Below, piece by piece: positions 40,953-49,002 of a stretch of DNA of 64,000 nucleotides. This DNA comes from Candidatus Bathyarchaeota archaeon (GTDB lineage Archaea; Thermoproteota; Bathyarchaeia; Bathyarchaeales; Bathycorpusculaceae): positions 2,400,001 to 2,464,000 of the forward strand of contig OY970340.1 in the NCBI GenBank assembly GCA_963717465.1. The letters are read 5' to 3'. The position numbers were made by a program, and so were the translations under genes. Numbering within the stretch: the stretch's first letter is position 1; the number at the start of each line of letters is the position of its first letter. Under the pieces are notes generated by a model. That model was given only the letters and a program-made list of their open reading frames with translations, made no database searches and had not been told where the DNA came from.

Positions 40953-41510
40953 ATGTCTGCCTCTGATAAAGACAAACGTATTCTTGAATTGGCTAAGAGT
41001 GCATACGATTTTCAAAACGACTTAAGAGAACGCCTAGATTGTAAATTAAACAATTTCGTAGGAATAACTGGAACGGTTTCGACAATTAGCGTCGGCGTTG
41101 CGTTATTTGTCTTCCAAACAATCAAACAGATTAATCCCTTTTATCCTTACTTGGTGACTGCTTTTATCATATTTTTTGGATTTCTCATCTCTGCTATGAT
41201 TATTGGATTAAGAGCCTACAGACCATCAGATTTGTTTATATATCCTGAAGATCCTGAACAAAGTATCATCGACTATTCACAATGTTTGACTGAAACTGAT
41301 GTTATCAGAGTTGTTGCAACTTCTTTCGCAGAGGCAGCTAACGAGAATAAAAAAATGAACAAGACTAAATCTAGCATATGCCAATGGGTGTTTCGTCTCT
41401 TAGTAATTGGAGCAATTGTGTTTGTGGTCTTCGCTATACTAATGGTTGCAAGCTTAGGCAATACGACTACTATAATTCAAACATATGTCACAAATCAAAC
41501 TGGAATATAA
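40953..41510 (+). CDS. 3-TM membrane protein (Pycsar-effector-like topology)
   Basis: Helix..RLDCK-TM-TM-loop-N..MN.TK-TM layout. Confidence 0.6.
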   Translation: MSASDKDKRILELAKSAYDFQNDLRERLDCKLNNFVGITGTVSTISVGVALFVFQTIKQINPFYPYLVTAFIIFFGFLISAMIIGLRAYRPSDLFIYPEDPEQSIIDYSQCLTETDVIRVVATSFAEAANENKKMNKTKSSICQWVFRLLVIGAIVFVVFAILMVASLGNTTTIIQTYVTNQTGI

Positions 41511-41937
41511 AAGGCAATCATTCGAAGAATTTGGGTATAAAACTAACACAAATCAAATAAGCATGATTGAACTATAAGAAATATAACAAAGCAAGAAAAA
41601 GGAGTAAAGAAAGTTGAGTAAATCCTGTAAAGATGCAGATACTAAGAGCCGAGCAGCAGCTCAAGCGGGTTGGAAAGCTGATAAAGCTCAAATAAAGAGA
41701 TTAAAAGAAACTAGTTCAGATTAATCCTATTTTTTAGTCCGAAAGTTTGTAAATGAATCTTTGGATTAAAGTTTAATTATCCGCAGCTGGGGGACTCGCC
41801 CGAAACCCGCTACTCCACCAAGTAATTTACAAGTGACCATTTAAAGAGTAATATTTTGGCCGGCTTGTAAGAGAATCGGGTCAATTTGGTCGCATGAAAA
41901 GAATGCTTTCACTTGAGGAGGTTAGAATGGCCCCGCC

Positions 41938-41948
41938 CGGCCCCACCA
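41938..41948 (+). repeat. tRNA-Pro 3'-end copy 1 (short)
   Basis: CGGCCCCACCA is identical to the last 11 nt of the tRNA. Confidence 0.55.
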
Positions 41949-42476
41949 ACTCAAACAAGAAAAACTACATTTCTTTCTCTTTATCTCACTACTAAACAGA
42001 ATTAAGGTTCAAGGTTTTTCCAAATTTGTTATGGTTTCAGGGAATTTTCCGGATTTTTTGCCATAACAACAGACTATTTTTTCACATATAAGCGTTGAAC
42101 TGTTTGGCATAGAAAAGGCATAGATGAAAACGTATAGGCTTAACTTTAATTCTGGTTAGGTTTTGATAAGTAAATCAATGCCCGTTAGGCTTAAAAGCGC
42201 AGATAAACTTGCCACTCCGTTATGTATCTAGTAATCATAGCGATGAACTGTAGCATAATTCAAACCTCTGTTCAGCGAAAGAGCGTCATGGTTTAGCGTT
42301 GTTTCAGTTCTGTTTTGTGGTATCTCTAATGCTTAGTTGTTAGCTATAACCGGCTTCGATAAAATCGGATATGCAGCTCATTTTTAATAGTGAGGTTTTG
42401 ACAATATTTAATCAAAGAATTTTGGTATTTCAAATCTGAAATAAGCGTTATATATTATGTATTCAATCTCGAGATT

Positions 42477-43082
42477 ATGGATTTCAACGTTAAAAGAATT
42501 ACTGGTTTGCTTTTCATTGTCTCTGTCGTACAGTTTATTTTTGCGACAATCATTTGCGAATCGGTTTATTCTGGCTATAGCGTGGGACAGCAGGTTGTGA
42601 GTGACTTGGGTAACTGGAACTTAGCGGGCAATTACTCCGCTATCTTCAACATATCGATTATTTTGATGGGCATACTTATCATTGTTGGTGCTTATTTCAT
42701 ACAACGAATATTTAAGAGCGCTTTCACGCCAGTTTTCATGTCTCTTGGGGTATTACTAGGCGTGGGTTATATCGGGGTAGGCGTGTTCGCAGAGAATATT
42801 TCTCGATTGCACAACATTTTTGCTCTAATTATGTTTGTATTTGGAGCGATTTTCGCTATTATGTCTTATAAATTCGTAAAATCGCCTTTTTCCCACGTAT
42901 CTATTATCTTGGGTGTAACATCGCTTTTAGCATATTTTCTTTGGATGTTAGGATTACAAATGCCTGTTTTCCATTTGGGCTTAGGCATAGGCGGCATGGA
43001 ACGTTTAATACTCTACCCCATACTCCTATGGGTATTAAGCTTCGGCGCTTACTTAATCGGAGACCAAGGCAACATAAAGTAA
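42477..43082 (+). CDS. DUF998-family membrane protein
   Basis: YSGYSVGQQVVSDLG, GVGVF.E, LHN, GGMERL. Confidence 0.85.
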   Translation: MDFNVKRITGLLFIVSVVQFIFATIICESVYSGYSVGQQVVSDLGNWNLAGNYSAIFNISIILMGILIIVGAYFIQRIFKSAFTPVFMSLGVLLGVGYIGVGVFAENISRLHNIFALIMFVFGAIFAIMSYKFVKSPFSHVSIILGVTSLLAYFLWMLGLQMPVFHLGLGIGGMERLILYPILLWVLSFGAYLIGDQGNIK

Positions 43083-43261
43083 AAAAAACATAAAATAAAC
43101 CAGATAACGCCCGAATGTTGACGACTTAATTTTTTTAAGTGTTCAATATCAATTTTCCGTTCAGCGGATTTTACATAATAGTTTTGATTATTTGTAAGAA
43201 AAACGAATAATAAAATAAAATCGTAACGCCACAACGTTAAAAATATTTTTATTATAAGAAT

Positions 43262-44170
43262 CTAGTTAACTTCAGCAGTTGGTTGGATGCTAACTTCAGT
43301 AATTGGTTGGATGCTAACTTCAGTAATTGGTTGGATGGCGCGTATATTATTGACAGCCTTTTTAGGAATGAAACCAATCAGCCGCTTATTTTTAAACAGA
43401 TCTTCATAAGTGGATAAATAAAATAGCCCAAACGCAATTGTCAAATAGACCACTGGTAAAACTAGACCACTTTGGCTTATTGCTACAAAAAATGGATATT
43501 GAAATAGATAGATTGGGTAAGTTAATCGACTTAGTTTTCTTGTTATGGCAGGCGCCTTTTCAATTTTTAATGGCATATGAACAGTTCTAACCCCTACGAA
43601 GAAAACAAGAAGCATGACAGGTAATTCTAAGGCGCAAACGATTAAACTTGGTGATGTTGCAAATTGCATAAATTCTAAAATAAAAGCTACAGTAAAAATT
43701 GATATTGCTATCTTAAATGAAAGCTTATTGACCATGTAAATGCTGAAAAATACGTAACACAGCATTATGAATGGGACAAACCACAATGAAAACCAAGCTG
43801 TTCCTCCAGTGCTAAGGGATTGTAGTAGAAATAAACTGGAAATTTTATAGCTAGAGGTTAGTCCAGGGGTAACGCCGAACGTAAGTACAAGTGCTATCAG
43901 GTATAGCGGATACAGCCTGAAGAATCTTTTAATGACATACTTTACAGGATTAAAATTATCATTTGAAGTAGCTTTGGCCAGAAAACCAGCTGTGTAAGCG
44001 AACAAGGCTACTCCAGTTATACCAATAAGGCAAACAGGCCACTGAAAAACCGACGAAAGCGGGACAGAGAAAATAATAGAATGCTCAATAAGCACTAAGA
44101 TGACGCCTATTACCTTTAAGTAATCAACCGCGGCCGAGTCAGATTGCGTAATACTAGGTTTAGAGTCCAA
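43262..44170 (-). CDS. Acyltransferase family 3 (OafA-like)
   Basis: DYLKVIGVILVLIEH, GVALF, KRFFRLYPLY, WF, TYPIYLFQ. Confidence 0.85.
   Translation of the reverse strand: MDSKPSITQSDSAAVDYLKVIGVILVLIEHSIIFSVPLSSVFQWPVCLIGITGVALFAYTAGFLAKATSNDNFNPVKYVIKRFFRLYPLYLIALVLTFGVTPGLTSSYKISSLFLLQSLSTGGTAWFSLWFVPFIMLCYVFFSIYMVNKLSFKIAISIFTVAFILEFMQFATSPSLIVCALELPVMLLVFFVGVRTVHMPLKIEKAPAITRKLSRLTYPIYLFQYPFFVAISQSGLVLPVVYLTIAFGLFYLSTYEDLFKNKRLIGFIPKKAVNNIRAIQPITEVSIQPITEVSIQPTAEVN
43267..43338. repeat. 3 x 24-bp in-frame tandem repeat (IQPITEVS)
   Basis: TAACTTCAG(C/T)A(G/A)TTGGTTGGATG(C/G) three times. Confidence 0.9.
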
Positions 44171-44468
44171 GGTAATTACTACAACCGATGAAATACAACC
44201 GATGAAAATCGATTATAGCCTTTGTGCGTATAAGCCTTTGACGCAAAATTTGCCATTATCAATTTTATGACTACCCAGCTAGTTACCCAAAATTACTCAG
44301 CTAATTACTCACAAACCGACATAGAATTATTGAATATCATCAAGACTTTGACCTTTGGAAAACATCAGCCAACTTGCCGTTTTAACCGCGATATAACTCT
44401 GTTATTTAAGGCGTAGGAAAGAAAAAAATGGATAATTTGCAGGATATCCCCCATTAGGGGATAAGAGC

Positions 44469-44488
44469 AAATCCCAGCGGCCCAACCA
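44469..44488 (+). repeat. tRNA-Pro 3'-end copy 2
   Basis: AAATCCCAGCGGCCCAACCA vs tRNA GAATCCCAGCGGCCCCACCA. Confidence 0.85.
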
Positions 44489-44685
44489 CGACAATCCCGT
44501 CCCAAGAATGGTATATTTATTAACATCATTTTTTTCTGTGAAGGTTTTGCCTTAAATTGGCAAGGAATAGTTGACTTTCCTCCTCGATGAAAACATGTGT
44601 AGCCTTCTTTTAGTTCAGGCCTTCGGTTCGTCTTCGTAACATTAGAGACATATAGTCCAATAGCTTATCATGGAAATAGCAAAGG

Positions 44686-45636
44686 GTGAGTTGGTTGAGT
44701 GATCAGAACATTCGATTGAACATTCGATTGAGGGAAACCAAGCGTTTTGATATGCAACGAAGAGTTGTAGCGCACATGGTTTCGGAATCGTGGTACACTA
44801 TTCCACATGTTTCCTATCTATACGAGCCAGATATAACAGATTTTTATGAAGAATTTAATTCGCTCGCAGAAAATGGAGCTTTTTCCGGGCGCAAAATATC
44901 ATTCAATACTCTCATTATCCGTGTAATAGTCGAAGGCCTCCAATCTGCGCCGAACCTAAACGCTCTAGTTTCATATAACCATAAAAAAGGGGAAGGCGAA
45001 TTGCGAATTTGTGAAGACATCAATGTGGCCATCGCTTGGTTGTTGCCGGACGGAAGGATGATAACACCAGTAATTCTCAACACTGAATCAATGACCTTGG
45101 TTGAACTTTCCGAGGCTATCACCACATTAAAAGAAAAAGTAAAAAATACTAACATAGATGAATTACTTTATCAAGCAGCATATGCAGATACCGTAAAGGA
45201 ACTTAAGAAACTGCATCTAAATGTGCTTAGGCGAATTATAGCTTCTAAAATTAGTTTTCACCGAGTACAAGGACTTTCTGGAAGAAAAAAAGGAAGCTAC
45301 TATAAAATTCCTCAAGGCGATCGTCTAACAGAACAGAACCTGGTCAGCGGTACAGTAACTGTATCTAACATTGGATCACTATACAAAGAGCAAAAAGGAT
45401 ATTTCGGTATCCTTGAAATTATTCCGCCGCAAATTTTCACTATAGGTTTAGGGGCCATGCAGGAAAGACCTGGTGTTTATGTTACTAAGGACGGCGAGAA
45501 AAAAATTGGCGCCCGAAAGGTTCTCCCAATGTGTTTAGTTTTTGATCATCGCGCCATAGATTTTGGCTCAATAATTCCTTTTCTAAAAAAATTAGACGAA
45601 ATTTTCCTAAAACCCGATGCACTTGCTCAATTGTGA
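44686..45636 (+). CDS. Stand-alone 2-oxoacid dehydrogenase E2-like acyltransferase catalytic domain
   Basis: IPHV, PNLNA, GTVTVSNIGS, IIPPQ, FDHRAID; no lipoyl domain. Confidence 0.85.
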   Translation: MSWLSDQNIRLNIRLRETKRFDMQRRVVAHMVSESWYTIPHVSYLYEPDITDFYEEFNSLAENGAFSGRKISFNTLIIRVIVEGLQSAPNLNALVSYNHKKGEGELRICEDINVAIAWLLPDGRMITPVILNTESMTLVELSEAITTLKEKVKNTNIDELLYQAAYADTVKELKKLHLNVLRRIIASKISFHRVQGLSGRKKGSYYKIPQGDRLTEQNLVSGTVTVSNIGSLYKEQKGYFGILEIIPPQIFTIGLGAMQERPGVYVTKDGEKKIGARKVLPMCLVFDHRAIDFGSIIPFLKKLDEIFLKPDALAQL

Positions 45637-45707
45637 AACTTATAAACGGTTAAAGCTTTTGTGAGCGATTCAACACTCGAACTAAGATATAAAATGGAAA
45701 GCTCATG

Positions 45708-45754
45708 GATGACGCCACCAAATAGCCAATGTTCAAATTCCAGCTGGTCCGCCA
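45708..45754 (+). repeat. Extended att-like repeat, copy 3 (degenerate)
   Basis: GATGACGCCACCAAATAGCCAAT-GTTCAAATTCCAGCTGGTCCGCCA. Confidence 0.7.
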
Positions 45755-45905
45755 CTACTTAATACCTATTTGCTTCTTGCGTTACCAAGAATCTAGTTAT
45801 TACCGAAGAATTCTGTGCCACATCAATAATTGACTTCGGTGTTTCATAGGATGAAGAAGACAGGATGTCTGAAAATCACGAAACGCAATCGGACGGGTTT
45901 TCTGG

Positions 45906-46598
45906 CTATCTTAACAATTTGATAATTTCTTTGGCTGGCAACACCCTAGCAAAACCTTTTCGCAAGACTCTTAGTTCAGGTTCTTGCATGTCGGGATCAT
46001 CTGTCGAGGTTACATCGCTCCCGAAGACAACTTTGAAGCTTCTTTCGTAGGCTTGACGGGCGGTCACCCCACAGCAATAATTTGTTAGAGTGCCACAGAT
46101 AATAACAGTGTCCTTTCCCATGTTCTTAAGTATCGTCTCTAATTGCGTATCGTAAAAAGCGCCATAAGAAGCCTTGTGGATTACTACCTCATCGTTCCCA
46201 GGTGATAATTCATCCCAAATATGTCCTTCTACAAAAAAGGAAGACTGATCAACATTCAATTCTAAATAGCGATTAGGCATAGCAGAGCCAGTCTTTGGGC
46301 GATCAAGATAATTGTTAGTTTTTGAAAAGACAGTAAAAATGACAGGTATCTTTCTGCCTCTGCAATGTTCTATCAGTCTCTTTATGAGGGGGACCTGCAT
46401 GCTTGCTTCAGGAACCCAGAAAGGTGTCCACCCCGGCTTAACGAACTCGTCCTGCATGTCGATGACAAGCAAAGCGCATTTCTCAGGCAAAATTTCGAAG
46501 CCAGCAACACCTTTTGCGTAGGCGCGTTTGGCGAGAGCTAGAACTTGTTCTTGGGTGTATGATTTATCACTCACAGCTTTCCCCTCGAGAAATTTCAT
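45906..46598 (-). CDS. Isochorismatase-like cysteine hydrolase
   Basis: ALLVIDMQ, K..Y.AF..T.L, GTLTNYCC..TAR. Confidence 0.92.
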   Translation of the reverse strand: MKFLEGKAVSDKSYTQEQVLALAKRAYAKGVAGFEILPEKCALLVIDMQDEFVKPGWTPFWVPEASMQVPLIKRLIEHCRGRKIPVIFTVFSKTNNYLDRPKTGSAMPNRYLELNVDQSSFFVEGHIWDELSPGNDEVVIHKASYGAFYDTQLETILKNMGKDTVIICGTLTNYCCGVTARQAYERSFKVVFGSDVTSTDDPDMQEPELRVLRKGFARVLPAKEIIKLLR

Positions 46599-46669
46599 TA
46601 GTCGCGCGAAAGCTTTTAGTTTTTGCTATTCTCTTAGGGCTTTTATATTTTCTGTTAAAGATTAAAAAG

Positions 46670-46715
46670 GGTGATTTCATCAAACGTCTGATGTTCAAAT
46701 CCCAGCGGCCAACCA
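46670..46715 (+). repeat. Extended att-like repeat, copy 4
   Basis: GGTGATTTCATCAAACGTCTGAT-GTTCAAATCCCAGCGGCCAACCA. Confidence 0.85.
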
Positions 46716-46907
46716 CAGGCTTATTTTTCCTAAACAACTTCTTGCCAACATTATAATTAACCAGGCACAATAAAGCTTGTTTTAGAATGGCACACTGCTT
46801 GGTCAGTATTTTGGCTGGTATGGTGTAATGGTTTTTGCTGCTTTGTTTTGTCTCGCGTTTAAAAACCGCATTCCCAACTTTATTTTCCGTTACCAGGAAC
46901 TTGGGTT

Positions 46908-47447
46908 TTAGCGGATGAACATCAAACCAAAATATGTTGGTTGTTGATTATGCGTTTTCAGAACGTCTATGTCAAAACCATTCTTCCTTGCTGTAGCATA
47001 AACGTCTATGCTGGAAGATTCCATTGAAGGTCGAGCCAACCGAGGATAATTGCAATGCTCAAGATTACATTTTTCGCAACGTTCACAGGGACCAGCTGGA
47101 AGCCCAAATGCAGAATGATACCCTGCCAGAAAAATATGCCTCTCCAATTTGGCAACCAAGTTGTGCGTCGCAACCGATTCATCGGGCAGTTTCATTAAAA
47201 TAGCGTTGGAATAACTTGCCAAAACCTGCCTCATCTTTTCAGGCGTAGGACTGTAAGGCGGACAAGTCAAGGATTTTCCAAATCCTCCACAGCCATACTG
47301 GCACTTAAGTCTTACCCAATCTTTGACAACAATACTCTTAGGATCAACCATTTTAGCATCAAGTACGCCCAATCGTTTCGCAAACTTGATAAAACCTTCA
47401 ATATCTTGCTCAAAACTCCTCTTGACCGTTGCGGTTTTCTTTTGCAC
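46908..47447 (-). CDS. DUF2284 predicted metal-binding protein
   Basis: WVRLKCQYGC..G..LTCPP, GPCERCEKC...C..P..ARPSME. Confidence 0.9.
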   Translation of the reverse strand: MQKKTATVKRSFEQDIEGFIKFAKRLGVLDAKMVDPKSIVVKDWVRLKCQYGCGGFGKSLTCPPYSPTPEKMRQVLASYSNAILMKLPDESVATHNLVAKLERHIFLAGYHSAFGLPAGPCERCEKCNLEHCNYPRLARPSMESSSIDVYATARKNGFDIDVLKTHNQQPTYFGLMFIR

Positions 47448-47681
47448 ACTGCAGCCCCCTACAACATCTTACGATGATTAAATATATAAAATGAAAAGAA
47501 ACCTGAGAGGCTGAGTGAAAAAATGTGAAGGGTACCTATTAGCCCTGTAGGCTTCGAGTTCCAATGGGCCTGGGACTCCATAGAGCCTAACTCTCTTCAA
47601 GTTTGGGGGTGAGTCCGCCCGATTCATCTTCAAACTGTTTCAAATAGTTCCAAGTGAAAATTTTAAAAAAAGGGAAAAACG

Positions 47682-47728
47682 GGTGATGCCACCGCACATC
47701 CGAGGTACAAATCCCAGCGGCCCCCACC
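47682..47728 (+). repeat. Extended att-like repeat, copy 5
   Basis: GGTGATGCCACCGCACATCCGAG-GTACAAATCCCAGCGGCCCCCACC. Confidence 0.9.
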
Positions 47729-47856
47729 GTGATAAAAGCACTCGTTTCATAGCTCTTTTGTCACAATCTGCCAGTTCGAAAATAACGTTCTTTTAAAGAA
47801 CCCTTCACATAGCTTATAAGTAAGAATATTCTTACTTCATTGATTGTGGAAGCAAA

Positions 47857-48114
47857 ATGGAAGCATCAACAACAAAGGTCTCCTCCAAAGGGCAAGTAGT
47901 GATCCCTGCGAACGTGCGAAAAGCTGCTAGCTTGAAGAAAGGCGAAAAAATCCTAGCAATAGCCATAGGTGACACCATCGTCTTGAAAAAAATAGTTGAC
48001 AGATCATTTGAGGAAACGATGAAACCAATTTGGGCCAGAGTTAGGCGAATGGGTCTTATGGAGGAAGAAATAAACGCCCTTATCGACGAAGCGAAAGCCA
48101 AAGATAGTTCTTGA
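47857..48114 (+). CDS. AbrB/MazE-type antitoxin
   Basis: TKVSSKGQVVIPANVRK. Confidence 0.92.
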   Translation: MEASTTKVSSKGQVVIPANVRKAASLKKGEKILAIAIGDTIVLKKIVDRSFEETMKPIWARVRRMGLMEEEINALIDEAKAKDSS

Positions 48115-48511
48115 TACAAATATTTGGGTTTCAGCGCTACTGTGGGGAGGAAAGCCTGCAGAGATCGTAAAAATAGCTGAAGAAGACAAAGTCTTAATCT
48201 TCACAACTGAAGAAATAGTTGCAGAAATCAGCCAAGTTTTAGCTTATAATAAGCTTGCGAAAATCTACGAAGCCGAAGGCGTACATCGCGACCAATTAAT
48301 GGAAATGGTGCTAAAAATTGCTAAATTAGTAAAGGCAACAAAAAAAGTTACGGTTGTTCTTGCGCATCCCGCCGACGATAAAGTAATAGAATGTTCCTTG
48401 GCAGCCAAAGCAGATTACATTGTAAGTGGCGACAAGCACATTCTCGCACTGAAAAGCCACAACAGAACAAAAATATTGTCTGCTAACGAATTTCTTGAGA
48501 GCATAAAATAA
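48086..48511 (+). CDS. PIN-family toxin (PIN_3-like); no canonical start before the first catalytic Asp
   Basis: Frame reads (ACG)KRKPKIVLDTNIWVSAL...DDKVIECSL...ADYIVSGDKHIL; the ORF track caught only the 3' half. Confidence 0.8.
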   Translation, partial: TKRKPKIVLDTNIWVSALLWGGKPAEIVKIAEEDKVLIFTTEEIVAEISQVLAYNKLAKIYEAEGVHRDQLMEMVLKIAKLVKATKKVTVVLAHPADDKVIECSLAAKADYIVSGDKHILALKSHNRTKILSANEFLESIK

Positions 48512-48525
48512 AAAAGGAAAAAACA

Positions 48526-48572
48526 GGTGATGCCACGGCACATCCGAGGTACAAATCCCAGCGGCCCTACCA
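48526..48572 (+). repeat. Extended att-like repeat, copy 6
   Basis: GGTGATGCCACGGCACATCCGAG-GTACAAATCCCAGCGGCCCTACCA; nearly identical to copy 5. Confidence 0.9.
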
Positions 48573-48678
48573 CAACGAACAGAGGCTATTATGTGAGCCT
48601 GCAGAAAACAACTGTAATAGAAGCAAGAGTGGGTTTTTATAAGTCCAAGAACTAAAAAATTGAAGGGACTAATAGAAA

Positions 48679-48858
48679 ATGGGTCATTATGTGGGAATAA
48701 AGGAAAACGCTAAACCATTAATATTTGAGAGCGAAAAAGAACCTAACAAGGAAACGCACGCTCAATACGATATAGTTTACGGACCCTTCAAGAATAAAGA
48801 ATATGCAGAAAAGTACGTTAACACGATGGAACATGGTGTTTGCTGCCATCTGGGTTAA
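48679..48858 (+). CDS. Small hypothetical protein (59 aa)
   Basis: Manual translation MGHYVGIKEN...VYGPFKNKEYAEKY. Confidence 0.5.
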   Translation: MGHYVGIKENAKPLIFESEKEPNKETHAQYDIVYGPFKNKEYAEKYVNTMEHGVCCHLG

Positions 48859-49002
48859 CGCTCCCACAAATACCAAATTTTCAATTTTTTCAACAATCGA
48901 CACATGCTACCAACAGAGACATAATATTGTCTCTTAGCCAGTTTTCTCATCAATAAATTATCTTGAAAAAACTCAAATAACCCATTTTAAATTCTTTAGG
49001 TA

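Larger units (their letters stand above)
40013..48572. mobile_element. tRNA-Pro-anchored tandem island/cassette array
   Basis: Six downstream direct copies of the tRNA 3' end separate unrelated accessory genes. Confidence 0.75.

Noticed and set aside
41938..48572. Repeat series as a CRISPR array or classical integron attC sites
   Set aside because: Spacing is about 1 kb and contains genes; no cas or intI is present; the repeats derive from the tRNA 3' end and lack attC R/L box symmetry.
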